DNA of 64,000 bases, taken from positions 32,001-96,000 of the IMG/VR virus record IMGVR_UViG_3300002026_000045. One strand, given 5' to 3'. Shown in pieces: positions 45,837 through 55,344 of the stretch. The DNA is from a virus. Position numbers and translations under genes: made by a program. Numbering within the stretch: position 1 is the stretch's first letter; every line of letters begins with the position of its first letter. The notes beneath the pieces were generated by a model. The model was not told the DNA's origin. It worked only from the letters and a program-made list of their open reading frames with translations, and did no database searches.

Positions 45837-46448
45837 TTATGAATGCTTATAAAAAATATGGTTATCGATTTTAGTTACCAACCGCAATGTCTTAGCCCAT
45901 GGTGGTTTTACATAATCTGCATGATAGTTAGTTGCACCTTCAGTGATGTCAACAATGGTATCTTGCTTAAACAACAATTCGCTTGCTGCTTTCATACTCT
46001 GTGCCCACATAGACCCGCCTTTGTCTATATTTAATCTGTCAGCGCAAGTCCAACTAAATTGACATGTCGAAGTTTTTGTGTTTTGACTTCCATCATAAAT
46101 TACACCGCAAATAGTATTTGGGTATCCATTTGCTCTAGTGCGGTTTATAACCACTTGGCCAACTGCTAATTTTCCAACGTAGCTTTGATTTCCAGCTTCG
46201 TAGTAAATATTTTCAGCCATGCACTGTAAATCGTCCTTAGGGATAACTGCTTTCGGTGAAGCAGGCAACAGTGCATTTACTGCCATTGCTTTAGCATTAG
46301 TGTATGCTGTGGGCAAGTTTAAAAATGATAAGTTTAATTTGTTTTCAAAGTTTTTAAATGATTGACTAATATTGCCGGTATATAATGTTACGGCCATCCA
46401 TAAAAAAACTGCAAATGATAACTTGTTTAGGAAAAAATTTCTTTCCAT
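45837..46448 (-). CDS. Cell wall hydrolase, SleB/Hydrolase_2 family, with N-terminal TM/signal
   Basis: CMAENIYYEA, AVGQVVINR, CQFSW, GATNYHADYV.P.W, HIFY; start MERN at 46448 (AAGGAG). Confidence 0.9.
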   Translation of the reverse strand: MERNFFLNKLSFAVFLWMAVTLYTGNISQSFKNFENKLNLSFLNLPTAYTNAKAMAVNALLPASPKAVIPKDDLQCMAENIYYEAGNQSYVGKLAVGQVVINRTRANGYPNTICGVIYDGSQNTKTSTCQFSWTCADRLNIDKGGSMWAQSMKAASELLFKQDTIVDITEGATNYHADYVKPPWAKTLRLVTKIDNHIFYKHS

Positions 46449-46573
46449 AATATGGGTCTCCTTGTTTGCAATTAACACAGGCTCGATTAACGAGCCTGTT
46501 ACTTATTTAACATAAATGCGTCAGTGTATATAATAACACACTACCAGGGGTAAATCAAATATTTTGAATACCA

Positions 46574-46906
46574 TTAATCCCCTGCAAATACAGTTGGGGA
46601 ACCTGCCCCTGCTGTATCTTCACAATCTATAGCATCCCCAATTCTATGCACATTTTTAAAATTTGCAAAAACTGTTTTTGACCCTCCTGATGCTCTACCA
46701 TCATGGCATGGTGGGGGTGGGGGTGGTTCTTCTTCAGAAAGTGGGTCAGGCGGAGGTGGTCCACAGCAATGTTCAGGATAATAATCACCAATTCGTGTAA
46801 TGCTAATTAAATCAGCAAATACATCAGGAGATCCTGTTGATGCAGGGCGCGGCTCAAAACAGTGGCCTGCACTATCATCAACACCAACTCTAGTAAGTCC
46901 TGGCAT
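46574..46906 (-). CDS. PAAR-repeat spike tip protein (T4 gp5.4-like)
   Basis: GH.F.P....GSPDVF, RIGD, HCC...CH, GSKTVFAN, RIGDAIDC, GSPTVFAG. Confidence 0.88.
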   Translation of the reverse strand: MPGLTRVGVDDSAGHCFEPRPASTGSPDVFADLISITRIGDYYPEHCCGPPPPDPLSEEEPPPPPPCHDGRASGGSKTVFANFKNVHRIGDAIDCEDTAGAGSPTVFAGD

Positions 46907-47493
46907 TAGTTACTCCTATGTGTTAATTCACGCAGAATTTTATTTTGCGAAGCCCAGTCGTACACTATGTTTAACTCAAGCCACACAGATTCGCCTCTAT
47001 CAAAATGAATTTTGATCATTGGTCTTAAAAATTGCTCTTTTGGAGCAACAAACTTCACTAGCTCAGCGGTAGATGGAAAATTTTTAGCTAAACTTGATAG
47101 GCTAGAGGCAACTGTATGCATTTCTAAATCTTCAGTGATATATGATACGCTCATTCCAAATAAAGCAGATACATTTCCCTTAACCCAAACTGTATTGCCA
47201 GAATGGTAAAAGAATAAATCATCAAGATCCCTAACAAAATCTGGGATTATCATTGCTTTAATAAAATTAGGCGCAAGACTTGGGTTGCAATACGGGTTAG
47301 GAGGATCTACCCAGCCTTCAATGGGGATTGGCCCGTCACTTTGATCTGCTTCTGATAAAATAGGGTTAAACGGCAGTGGCGGTGGTGGAGGTTTTAGTAG
47401 CTCTCCATCATCGCCATACGGCCATGGGTCAGGCTGCATAAACGGGACAATAAAAATAGACGCAGACTCTGCGTCTGTTAAAATCTCAGCCAT
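46906..47493 (-). CDS. Hypothetical proline-rich protein
   Basis: Coupled to PAAR gene. Confidence 0.6.
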   Translation of the reverse strand: MAEILTDAESASIFIVPFMQPDPWPYGDDGELLKPPPPPLPFNPILSEADQSDGPIPIEGWVDPPNPYCNPSLAPNFIKAMIIPDFVRDLDDLFFYHSGNTVWVKGNVSALFGMSVSYITEDLEMHTVASSLSSLAKNFPSTAELVKFVAPKEQFLRPMIKIHFDRGESVWLELNIVYDWASQNKILRELTHRSN

Positions 47494-47810
47494 TAAACAA
47501 TAATCCGAGTTTCGTTCCGAACAGTTTTAATCCCAGTTGTTAGCTCACGATAGTGGTCAGCAATTTGGTCAGCAGTTTTGCAATGAAGCATAACGTGTGA
47601 CTTCTCTAATTTAAAATCAGATTTTGGATCAACTGAAAACATTGACTGCATAAGCCCAATTCCTTTTTGTGATGGCATAACTGACATGGGCTGAGAAATA
47701 CCGTACGAGTCTGGATGGTCGTATACTATACGGCCAACTAACTCATCACCATTTAAAATTTTAAACGACACGATATCGTTTACGTCATATCGTTTTGTTT
47801 CAACTAGCAT
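47493..47810 (-). CDS. Conserved T4-like hypothetical protein (Sm-like fold)
   Basis: K..NGDEL.G, P, Y...TTGI. Confidence 0.6.
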   Translation of the reverse strand: MLVETKRYDVNDIVSFKILNGDELVGRIVYDHPDSYGISQPMSVMPSQKGIGLMQSMFSVDPKSDFKLEKSHVMLHCKTADQIADHYRELTTGIKTVRNETRIIV

Positions 47811-48063
47811 AATGCATATCCTTTTCTAATGCGTCTAGGCGTGCTGGGTCTACATTTAGCAATCCAATAAACCCACCTACCGCAAATACTTTACTACCCT
47901 CGTAAATTTGCGGGACAGTGCGATGGCCTTCTTGTTTAATAAAATCCATTGCATCTTTGTCCTCGTCAATTTTGATTTCTGTGAACGCGATGTGTCGCTT
48001 ATTTAAAAACTCTTTTGCTTGAGTGCAATAAGAACAATTGTTTTTAGAGTAAATAGTTAGCAT
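47800..48063 (-). CDS. Glutaredoxin (NrdH-like)
   Basis: CSYC, RTVPQI, GGF. Confidence 0.92.
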   Translation of the reverse strand: MLTIYSKNNCSYCTQAKEFLNKRHIAFTEIKIDEDKDAMDFIKQEGHRTVPQIYEGSKVFAVGGFIGLLNVDPARLDALEKDMHYAS

Positions 48064-48080
48064 TTTGTTTCCTTAGTTAA

Positions 48081-49961
48081 TTAAATTTCGCACCCACCTG
48101 CTGCGCATGACAACATTTGGGCACCTTCAACATTGTCGGTTGCTTCTATAAATTCGTCCCACATAATGTCAGGCATTTGAGCAAGCAATGCATTGTATTT
48201 TTCTTCAGTTACTTCTTGATATGGTGCTTGGCGATAGCTGTGATCACTGTGCGGTAAGAAGGACACACCACCAATGTCATCAAAATTCTTATAAACCCAA
48301 GAACCCACTTCTAACCACTCTTTTTCTCTTACATATACAGTAATAGAGGGGTTATGCTCACACCAGTTCTTTTTGTACACCAAATAGTGCTCTAATTGCT
48401 CGATTGCTGTCATATCATTGCGAAAAACAGCAGTTTCTGGCGCTTTTTGTGGGAAAGAGAACACCCAAGTTGACTCAGGCTTCATTACATCGTCTTCACA
48501 CGGAACACCTGCGTCTTTAAGAAACTTGCCTAATGGATCCTTTTTATCTTGACGCACAGTACGAATATAATATTGCGAATAACGTGCATGAATGCCAGAT
48601 GCTGAGTCAACTAACTGCGACACAGTGCCTGATGGCTTAATTGTTGTAATGGCAACGGACTGGTTAATGCCTAATTTCTCTGCCCATTCCTTGTTAGTGT
48701 CAATTGCAACTTGGCGTAAAATGTTTAACCAATCTGCAAGTTTAACATTGCCCTCGCGACCACTCATTACAACGTGGTCCATAATACCAGTAAGCGACAC
48801 GCCCAACAATCTTTCTTCTTCGCAATTCTTTTTCCAAATGTTACGGATGTATTTAAAATCCACCAATGTAGCTTGGAATGTTCCAAGAATCGTAGCATAC
48901 TTAACTTTTTCTTTAAGACGCTCTAAAGAATCGCCGTTACGAATAACTACTTCGCTAAGATTGCAAAATTCATTTGGGCGCAATAAAATCTCGCCACATG
49001 GATTAGTGCCAAATTCAATACCTTCAATTTCACGACGTCCAGTAATTTTTGCTTGTTTATTTGCTGACACACGATTAAAAATTCCACGCTCACCAGACTT
49101 GCTTTCGTATAATGCCAACCATTCCTTCATGAACACGCCAATTTCTGGCTTTTCTGTGTATGCTACACTGTTGTTAGCAAGAGAACGATGAGCAAAATCT
49201 TCCCACCATTGGCCAGTTTTTGCTCCACGCATACGTTCATCTGACAAGTTAGACAACGAAATTAATGCACTACGACGAACACCGCCAACTACTACAATTT
49301 CTCCAATCTTGCACATAATGTCATGGCATTCAAGAGAATTTAGCTTACGGCCCGCTGCTTTTCTAATAACAGAGATCACAAACATAAACAAGTCGTTAAG
49401 TGGGATTGGGCCTGAGCTACGACCACCAAATGTTTTGAGTCTTGCACCAGCAGGGCGCAATTTAGACAAGTCCCAACGTGGAATTTTACCTTGATACAGC
49501 AAAGTAACTAATTCGTGTAATGATGTTGCCCACCCTAACTTGCTGTCTTTAACAAAAATTGTTGTGTCAGTTTCGTAAAAATCTTCAGCCACAATTGGTA
49601 GTTGGTTTACATATTGGCGTTCCACAGAAAACCCTAGCCCAGTGCCATTCATCAAAATGTACAATGCTTCGCTAAACGATTTAAGGTTGTCAATTGCAAT
49701 ATATGAACAATTATATCCAGAGATGTTGTCACGCTCTAACGCTGGTCCAGCAGTCATTAGTGACCGCATAGATGGCATAACTTCCATGTCTAAGATATTT
49801 GAGCGAATACCATTCCCCAACACTGATGCATAATCTGGGAATTTATGACTGTAAAAATCTATTAGTCGTTGAACTGTTTCATCCCAGTTTTCTCGTCTTG
49901 ATTTTTCATCAATAAACCTTGCATAACGTGACTTGTGAATGTATTTGCGATAATTGTCCAT
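48081..49961 (-). CDS. nrdJ: Ribonucleotide reductase class II (B12-dependent)
   Basis: MPSMR, YNCSY, GGVRRSALI, TNPCGEI, CNLSEV, KPSGT, C-terminal CAAGGCEI. Confidence 0.92.
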   Translation of the reverse strand: MDNYRKYIHKSRYARFIDEKSRRENWDETVQRLIDFYSHKFPDYASVLGNGIRSNILDMEVMPSMRSLMTAGPALERDNISGYNCSYIAIDNLKSFSEALYILMNGTGLGFSVERQYVNQLPIVAEDFYETDTTIFVKDSKLGWATSLHELVTLLYQGKIPRWDLSKLRPAGARLKTFGGRSSGPIPLNDLFMFVISVIRKAAGRKLNSLECHDIMCKIGEIVVVGGVRRSALISLSNLSDERMRGAKTGQWWEDFAHRSLANNSVAYTEKPEIGVFMKEWLALYESKSGERGIFNRVSANKQAKITGRREIEGIEFGTNPCGEILLRPNEFCNLSEVVIRNGDSLERLKEKVKYATILGTFQATLVDFKYIRNIWKKNCEEERLLGVSLTGIMDHVVMSGREGNVKLADWLNILRQVAIDTNKEWAEKLGINQSVAITTIKPSGTVSQLVDSASGIHARYSQYYIRTVRQDKKDPLGKFLKDAGVPCEDDVMKPESTWVFSFPQKAPETAVFRNDMTAIEQLEHYLVYKKNWCEHNPSITVYVREKEWLEVGSWVYKNFDDIGGVSFLPHSDHSYRQAPYQEVTEEKYNALLAQMPDIMWDEFIEATDNVEGAQMLSCAAGGCEI

Positions 49962-50052
49962 TTTATATTTCCTTCTTGTAATGTTTAAATCGTGAGCGTA
50001 ACTTATTTACCAGTGGTGGGTGTCCCCAAAAGTATTTGTGACCGTTTTGTGT

Positions 50053-50502
50053 TTAGTATTTTCCTAATTGCAGATCGGAATCTGAATATGATTGAATGAC
50101 TTCTACCTCTGTATCAATCTGTGTTTTACTTATTACCTCGTCAAAGGTGTAATTAAGTATATATTTCTCATCGTCGATCGAGACTAAATTGTAATTTTCA
50201 AGTCCAGAACTTGCTTTTACTTTTAGAAGTTTAAATTTATGGCTTGCGCCATGTTTTGATAAATGAAGGGTATAGAGCATACCTAATGCTTTGGCTACAT
50301 CATCATAGTTATTGTCAGACAATAATTCCCATGGTGTCGGCCAATCTTTTGGTTCGCTATGATCCAAATAATGATTTATAAACGGAGCATAACTCCACAA
50401 GTGTACAGTTTTTGCAACTGCTTCGTCAAATGGAAGATCCCCAATCATTTTGCGAAAGGCCTTCCACTCTTTAAGACGATCGTCAGATCGTAAAGTCCAC
50501 AT
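50053..50502 (-). CDS. Conserved hypothetical late protein
   Basis: WPTPWELL..N.Y, ALGM.YTL. Confidence 0.65.
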   Translation of the reverse strand: MWTLRSDDRLKEWKAFRKMIGDLPFDEAVAKTVHLWSYAPFINHYLDHSEPKDWPTPWELLSDNNYDDVAKALGMLYTLHLSKHGASHKFKLLKVKASSGLENYNLVSIDDEKYILNYTFDEVISKTQIDTEVEVIQSYSDSDLQLGKY

Positions 50503-50552
50503 TTAAGATATGATTAAAATTGGTTAAAATTACCAAAACTTTGTGATATTAT

Positions 50553-50792
50553 TTACAAAGTAGGGGTTATGCTATTTGAAACAATTGATTCTGGCCCGTC
50601 GCCAGTGGAATTAGTCGCATGAACTGTAAATGTATACGAAGTTCCATTTGTTAATCCAGTGACTGTAATAGGTGATGCGGGTCCAGTGGCAGTAATTCCC
50701 TCAGGGTCACTTGTTACAGTGTAGCTAGTGACTACTGATCCGCCATCACTAAGTGGCGGATCAAATGAAACTGTAGACTGTTGACTAGCCAT
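50553..50792 (-). CDS. Fibronectin type III domain lacking strand A
   Basis: TVSFDPP..DGGS.VTSYTV...SPITVTGLTNGTSYTFTVHATN..G.GPES..SNSITP. Confidence 0.85.
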   Translation of the reverse strand: MASQQSTVSFDPPLSDGGSVVTSYTVTSDPEGITATGPASPITVTGLTNGTSYTFTVHATNSTGDGPESIVSNSITPTL

Positions 50793-50804
50793 AACTTAGC
50801 CTAG

Positions 50805-51095
50805 TTAAACTGCTACTACGTTAGTTGGTGCGCCTGGTACATCAGCAGTCGGAGTTACTGCATTAGATGGAGCAGATTCTGCACTGTTTCCAGCTGAGTT
50901 AGTTGCGTGGACTGTAAATGTGTATGATACACCGTTTGTTAATCCAGTCACAGTAATAGGGGATGCAGCGCCAGACATTGTCGTAGATGCAACTGTTGCG
51001 TTGCCCTCAAATGCTGATACTGTGTATTCTGTAATAGGGGATCCTCCATCATTCACTGGTGCGTCAAATGATACTGTTGCTTGTGCGTTTGCCAT
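50805..51095 (-). CDS. Fibronectin type III domain lacking N-terminal strand A, carrying a strand A at its C-terminus
   Basis: Starts ANAQATVSF; ends VPGAPTNVVAV; own TATAAATA and AAGGA RBS. Confidence 0.88.
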   Translation of the reverse strand: MANAQATVSFDAPVNDGGSPITEYTVSAFEGNATVASTTMSGAASPITVTGLTNGVSYTFTVHATNSAGNSAESAPSNAVTPTADVPGAPTNVVAV

Positions 51096-51139
51096 TGTAA
51101 TTTCCTTAAAATATTTATATAAAAAGTAACTGTTACTTT

Positions 51140-52969
51140 CTATACTGCTAACACGTTAGTAGGACTGTCAGGACGTCCTACTGAAATTGCCACTACATTC
51201 GTAGGGCTGTCTGGTCGGCTTATTGAAATAGCCACTACGTTAGTAGGAACGTCTGGCACTGCGATTGGCAGTGCAGTTGGTGCCCTATCACCTACTAAAG
51301 TTCTGCTAGTTAATTTTAGCACAGCATGCTTATGTAGTAACGTAGTTTTATATTTTAATTCTACCGTATTAGTATTTAGCGTCGGTAGTAAAGTAACCCC
51401 AACATCATTAGTTTCTACATAATCATCTGAAAAGATAACTGTTGATCCAATTGTAGAAATATGAATAGTGCCATTACGTTGCTCATCACCACGCAGAATT
51501 GAGTATTCTAAAATAGTAGGGTAGTCCGCAAAACCAACTACACTAGCTAACGTAGATGTAGATAAGTTGTCAGACAATTGAATGTCAACTCCACCAACTG
51601 AGTACTGTTTACCTAGCATAGTTCTGCCGTCTGACAGAGTTGCAAAACTTGCTCTACCGTTTAACTTAATCGCCGGAACAGTTGATGCAGCAGATCTGTC
51701 AACCATGTCGCCAATGCTATAGCAATTATTTCCACCTAAACTAACAATAGGAGTTACATCTACGTTTGTAGATAATCCCTTGCCAACATTTGTAAAAGTG
51801 TTAAATGCGCTTACAACGTGAGACACCCCACCATAAAAACTTGCCTCGCCATAGATTGCTTCAGCTGCAATATTAGAAAATGTTGATCCAGTTACTTTGA
51901 TTGAAGTTGGGAATGGAGCACCATCATTGCTTTGACCTAAATTTAACCCTCGATACAATCTATCAAACGAGCAATTAGCAAACGTAACATTCTCAACTTT
52001 GCTGTCAGCATAATATGCGTACACCTTACCAGAAAAATCACATTCTGTAAACACTAATCTTTCTGAAGAAACAGCATTGGTTTGTGACGACGCCATGCGA
52101 ACACAAGTTTGTGGATTTGGACTAGCACCAACTGACGTTGGACTAGCTGTATCAGATCCGTAAAAACCAACTCGGGTAAACCTTACATCAGTAACAGTGT
52201 TAAGATACATGATGTCTTTGTTGTTAATATTAACTAACGACAAATCTTCTATCTCTGCATACCCTGGCATTATTGCAGGTGGGCTACCAGAGCCAACTAT
52301 ATTTGAATCTATTGTAGTTGCGTTAACAAAATCGTAAGTAAACCCAGTATGCAACTTTGAATCACATGAACTGATCAGGCACGGTTGAGTAGAATCAACT
52401 TGAATCAAAAATGTCGAGTTTTTGCCATCACCTTTAAGGCGTACATACGGCATCAATCGTATGAAATCACCAAATATTAAATAAGTACCTGCAGGAATAT
52501 GTATTGTTCTGCGTGTTCTAGCTTCAGTGCCAAGTAACGATGCTTTATACAGCTCAATAATTGCACGGTTAATAGATCGAACTTCAAGAAGTCCATCACC
52601 TTCACCATTGCCTGATGTATCATGTAACTTGCTATCCCCTATCCCACCAAAATCACGTAAATTAGCAAAGTCATCAAACTTATCTTGCATTGACCGTGTA
52701 GTAGGAGACAACGTGCTTAGACCAGTCAGTGCAATGTAACCAGCAGCCAGTCCTTTAAACGTGTAAACACCACTTAGACTAAAAATATCGCTGTATTGAG
52801 TTAAGATTTCAGTATTACCAAGGCTTGGAGCACCTTCTTCCGTAGTACCATTGCCAATGTATAACTTTCGAGTATCTATTGCCCAGCCTAATTCAGCACT
52901 TGCTAACTGCGGTAGGTCTTCTTGTAGTCCTCTACGGTGTTGTATGCGTGAGATTTGAATTATCGCCAA
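51140..52969 (-). CDS. Virion structural protein with beta-helix (pectin-lyase-like) region
   Basis: QISRIQHRRG...LYIGNG N-terminus; DFGGIGD, IPAGTY, LKGDG; periodic beta-helix repeats. Confidence 0.75.
   Translation of the reverse strand: MAIIQISRIQHRRGLQEDLPQLASAELGWAIDTRKLYIGNGTTEEGAPSLGNTEILTQYSDIFSLSGVYTFKGLAAGYIALTGLSTLSPTTRSMQDKFDDFANLRDFGGIGDSKLHDTSGNGEGDGLLEVRSINRAIIELYKASLLGTEARTRRTIHIPAGTYLIFGDFIRLMPYVRLKGDGKNSTFLIQVDSTQPCLISSCDSKLHTGFTYDFVNATTIDSNIVGSGSPPAIMPGYAEIEDLSLVNINNKDIMYLNTVTDVRFTRVGFYGSDTASPTSVGASPNPQTCVRMASSQTNAVSSERLVFTECDFSGKVYAYYADSKVENVTFANCSFDRLYRGLNLGQSNDGAPFPTSIKVTGSTFSNIAAEAIYGEASFYGGVSHVVSAFNTFTNVGKGLSTNVDVTPIVSLGGNNCYSIGDMVDRSAASTVPAIKLNGRASFATLSDGRTMLGKQYSVGGVDIQLSDNLSTSTLASVVGFADYPTILEYSILRGDEQRNGTIHISTIGSTVIFSDDYVETNDVGVTLLPTLNTNTVELKYKTTLLHKHAVLKLTSRTLVGDRAPTALPIAVPDVPTNVVAISISRPDSPTNVVAISVGRPDSPTNVLAV
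51143..51259 (-). repeat. Three 14-aa (42-nt) FN3 strand-A repeats at C-terminus
   Basis: VPDVPTNVVAISIS / RPDSPTNVVAISVG / RPDSPTNVLAV*. Confidence 0.9.
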
Positions 52970-52988
52970 TTTGCTCTTCCTTGATCTA

Positions 52989-53669
52989 TTATGTATTTAT
53001 GCGGTAATATCTTTCTACTCGGTCCCACCATTGGTTAGTCCAGTACTCAAAATCAGCGCCCTCTACTACGAACTCTTGATATTCGCATGCCCTACTACAC
53101 ATTAACACCACGCCTTGCTGAATGTTGGTGCCATGTACATAGTTATGTGCTGCGGCGTAGGCCGCAAGTTGAATTTTGTAATCCTCAATCCATTCTTCTT
53201 TTTTAGGCTTGTTAGTTTGTTTAAAGTCTAAAATTGATTCCTTATTCTTCCACACACCTGCTAAGTCTGTAGTCCCTGCATACAATCCTGGATAATATAA
53301 TGGAAGTTCAGTGCCCCAAACTTCATTCATGTGCACTAACCCGTTTTGAATAATCTGCTGAGCCATTGGGTGTGCTATTTTTTGCACGTTGTTTGTGCCT
53401 GGAGGTTTTGCTTTACCTAAGCAATGCTCTTCTAGCATTTTGTGCATTACTGTGCCAACGCCTGCCGCTTCAGTGGTAATGACTTGAGCATTTGCATGCC
53501 CAACTCTATTGCGCCAATTCATTAACGCATCTATTTTGTCTTGAGGTTTAGTTTTATCGAGGATAGACGTCACACTAGGCAACTTGCGGCCATCCGGAGT
53601 TAAATATTTCCTCACTCCATCTTCATTTGCTCTAGACAGGGCCGCATATATGAATTTTTTAGTTACCAC
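52989..53669 (-). CDS. PD-(D/E)xK exonuclease (Cas4/RecB-like phage exonuclease)
   Basis: PSVTSIL, GT.MH..LE, AGTTD, ILDFKQT, QLAAY. Confidence 0.88.
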   Translation of the reverse strand: MVTKKFIYAALSRANEDGVRKYLTPDGRKLPSVTSILDKTKPQDKIDALMNWRNRVGHANAQVITTEAAGVGTVMHKMLEEHCLGKAKPPGTNNVQKIAHPMAQQIIQNGLVHMNEVWGTELPLYYPGLYAGTTDLAGVWKNKESILDFKQTNKPKKEEWIEDYKIQLAAYAAAHNYVHGTNIQQGVVLMCSRACEYQEFVVEGADFEYWTNQWWDRVERYYRINT

Positions 53670-54414
53670 TTAGTTTCTTAGCCTTATATTCAGTTGTGTT
53701 AAGTGCCGTAGCGGCTGCTTTAATTGATTCGTACGTCGTCTCATTTATAGTTATTGGCTTACTATTAGGAGGAGGCAGCATACTTTTCTTTCGACGAATT
53801 TCATCTGCCATTTCTTTCCCGTAAATTTCTTCATTTGTTTTCCCTATTCTCCAAGATTTACTTAGTATAGCAGATTGAGACTGCTTTAGTCTAGTATCAG
53901 CAGTAACTATTTTTCCGGTATGAGTTCGTTTTGCTGCTTCTCGCATCTTATCTGTTACTACTCTACTTCCAGATTGATATGCATTGCACAACGATTCGGC
54001 ACGGACTTTCCTTTCAGCGTCTGATTGTACTCGACCCTTGTTAATCGTATTACCTAGCATCATAATTCTATATTTTTCTCTTCTGGCAGGTGAAAATATT
54101 GCCTTAGCCCGTTGAATGTTTATACCAAGTCCTGTTTCAATTTGATGATTTGCCCAATCCCTTGAGTTAACAATGTCGTGCGACCTAGAAAACGCCGTTG
54201 CTTCCTCAAATAACTCATCTTTGTCAGTAAACAAGTGACACCAAATAGTAGTAACATTATTTCCGTGCTTTTGTAGATGACTAAGCCAATGGACACCAGA
54301 CCCTTTATACTTAGAAGGGTTATCACTAACAGTTTTCCCAAAATACATTAACCCAGTATCGATATGTTTTTTAATGTAAAGCCAAGTTGGTTTGAAATTA
54401 GCGTATTTGTTCAT
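53659..54414 (-). CDS. Seg-like GIY-YIG homing endonuclease
   Basis: WLYIKKH..TGL.YFGKT...YKGSG; C-terminal YESIKAAA helix-turn-helix; paralog of 24558..25292. Confidence 0.85.
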   Translation of the reverse strand: MNKYANFKPTWLYIKKHIDTGLMYFGKTVSDNPSKYKGSGVHWLSHLQKHGNNVTTIWCHLFTDKDELFEEATAFSRSHDIVNSRDWANHQIETGLGINIQRAKAIFSPARREKYRIMMLGNTINKGRVQSDAERKVRAESLCNAYQSGSRVVTDKMREAAKRTHTGKIVTADTRLKQSQSAILSKSWRIGKTNEEIYGKEMADEIRRKKSMLPPPNSKPITINETTYESIKAAATALNTTEYKAKKLSGN

Positions 54415-54507
54415 GCCATCGTTTCCTGTTACTACTATATTTAGTAAAACTAAATTTTAGTTAAAGAAAAAGATGCATGGTGCATCGTTTTCAGATTGAC
54501 GCAAATA

Positions 54508-54903
54508 CTACATGCGTTTGTTTGTTGCCCGTTTAGCCATTTGATCAACTGTATCCTCTGGATTTTGCGCAACATTAGATTCATCACCATGCATTTCATT
54601 GTCATCATCTGTATCAAAATCTGATTTAAGGATGACTTCATTTTCATTGAAACTTTTAATTAGTTCTTTAACTGCTTCATCAGACTCATGTGCCGCAACT
54701 AACGTCTCATAATCAAAGGTAACATCACCAGCGTTTTTAACAAGGCGAATTAAACTGTCAGTTCTAAGCTTAGGGGTTAGTTCTTTGTCTTCACTTCTGT
54801 TTCGCAAAAACATTAGCACAGGAACTAAATTTGCAGAAAGAGATGAGCTAGACAATTGCTCGCTAGCACTTACATCTTCGTTAATGATTTCACTTATTTT
54901 CAT
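54508..54903 (-). CDS. Putative head core/internal protein
   Basis: MKISEIINE leader; TVDQMAKRA. Confidence 0.6.
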   Translation of the reverse strand: MKISEIINEDVSASEQLSSSSLSANLVPVLMFLRNRSEDKELTPKLRTDSLIRLVKNAGDVTFDYETLVAAHESDEAVKELIKSFNENEVILKSDFDTDDDNEMHGDESNVAQNPEDTVDQMAKRATNKRM

Positions 54904-55343
54904 TATACTCCGCGGCTGCGGCCCGCTGCTCGTCCTGCCATTGCGCCAACGGTTGCATCTTTTTTGTCAGCTGCTTTATTTGGGTCTTCATTTTTAACTG
55001 ACATATTTTTAAACTTAACTTTTTTCTCGTCAATACTGTCAATCATACTTTGAATTTCTTGTGACTTTTTGTTAATAGCAATTAAGTCAGCTAAGTTAAC
55101 AGGCTTTCCAGCAATTTCAATTACTTTAGTTAAGAACGGCAGCAATTCAACTTGAGCGTGTCCTTGCCCTTTGTACATGTCACAAACTTTTTTAACTGCA
55201 TTGATCATCTTAGTATCAGCGTTGGAAGATAATTCCATCTCTAATTCTTTATCACCTGCCCAGTCCGAATCCATTCCATCGTGACCCATCACGCCGTGAT
55301 CAAAATCACGGAATCCTTCAGTAATAATTTCATTTATTTTCAT
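54903..55343 (-). CDS. Putative head core/internal protein, paralog of 54508..54903
   Basis: Start re-assigned to MKINEIITE (55343); TVGAMAGRA. Confidence 0.6.
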   Translation of the reverse strand: MKINEIITEGFRDFDHGVMGHDGMDSDWAGDKELEMELSSNADTKMINAVKKVCDMYKGQGHAQVELLPFLTKVIEIAGKPVNLADLIAINKKSQEIQSMIDSIDEKKVKFKNMSVKNEDPNKAADKKDATVGAMAGRAAGRSRGV

Positions 55344-55344
55344 A

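Noticed and set aside
48592-49191. 199-aa plus-strand ORF
   Set aside because: Antisense to nrdJ
50793-51142. Stop-codon reassignment or readthrough joining the FN3 genes
   Set aside because: First junction is out of frame, second has two in-frame TAA; genes elsewhere are intact in the standard code
52989-53669. Cas4 as evidence of a CRISPR system
   Set aside because: Ordinary phage PD-(D/E)xK exonuclease; no Fe-S Cys set, cas genes or array
53659-54414. Intron-encoded endonuclease interrupting the exonuclease
   Set aside because: The downstream exonuclease looks complete and no intron core is evident; treated as free-standing
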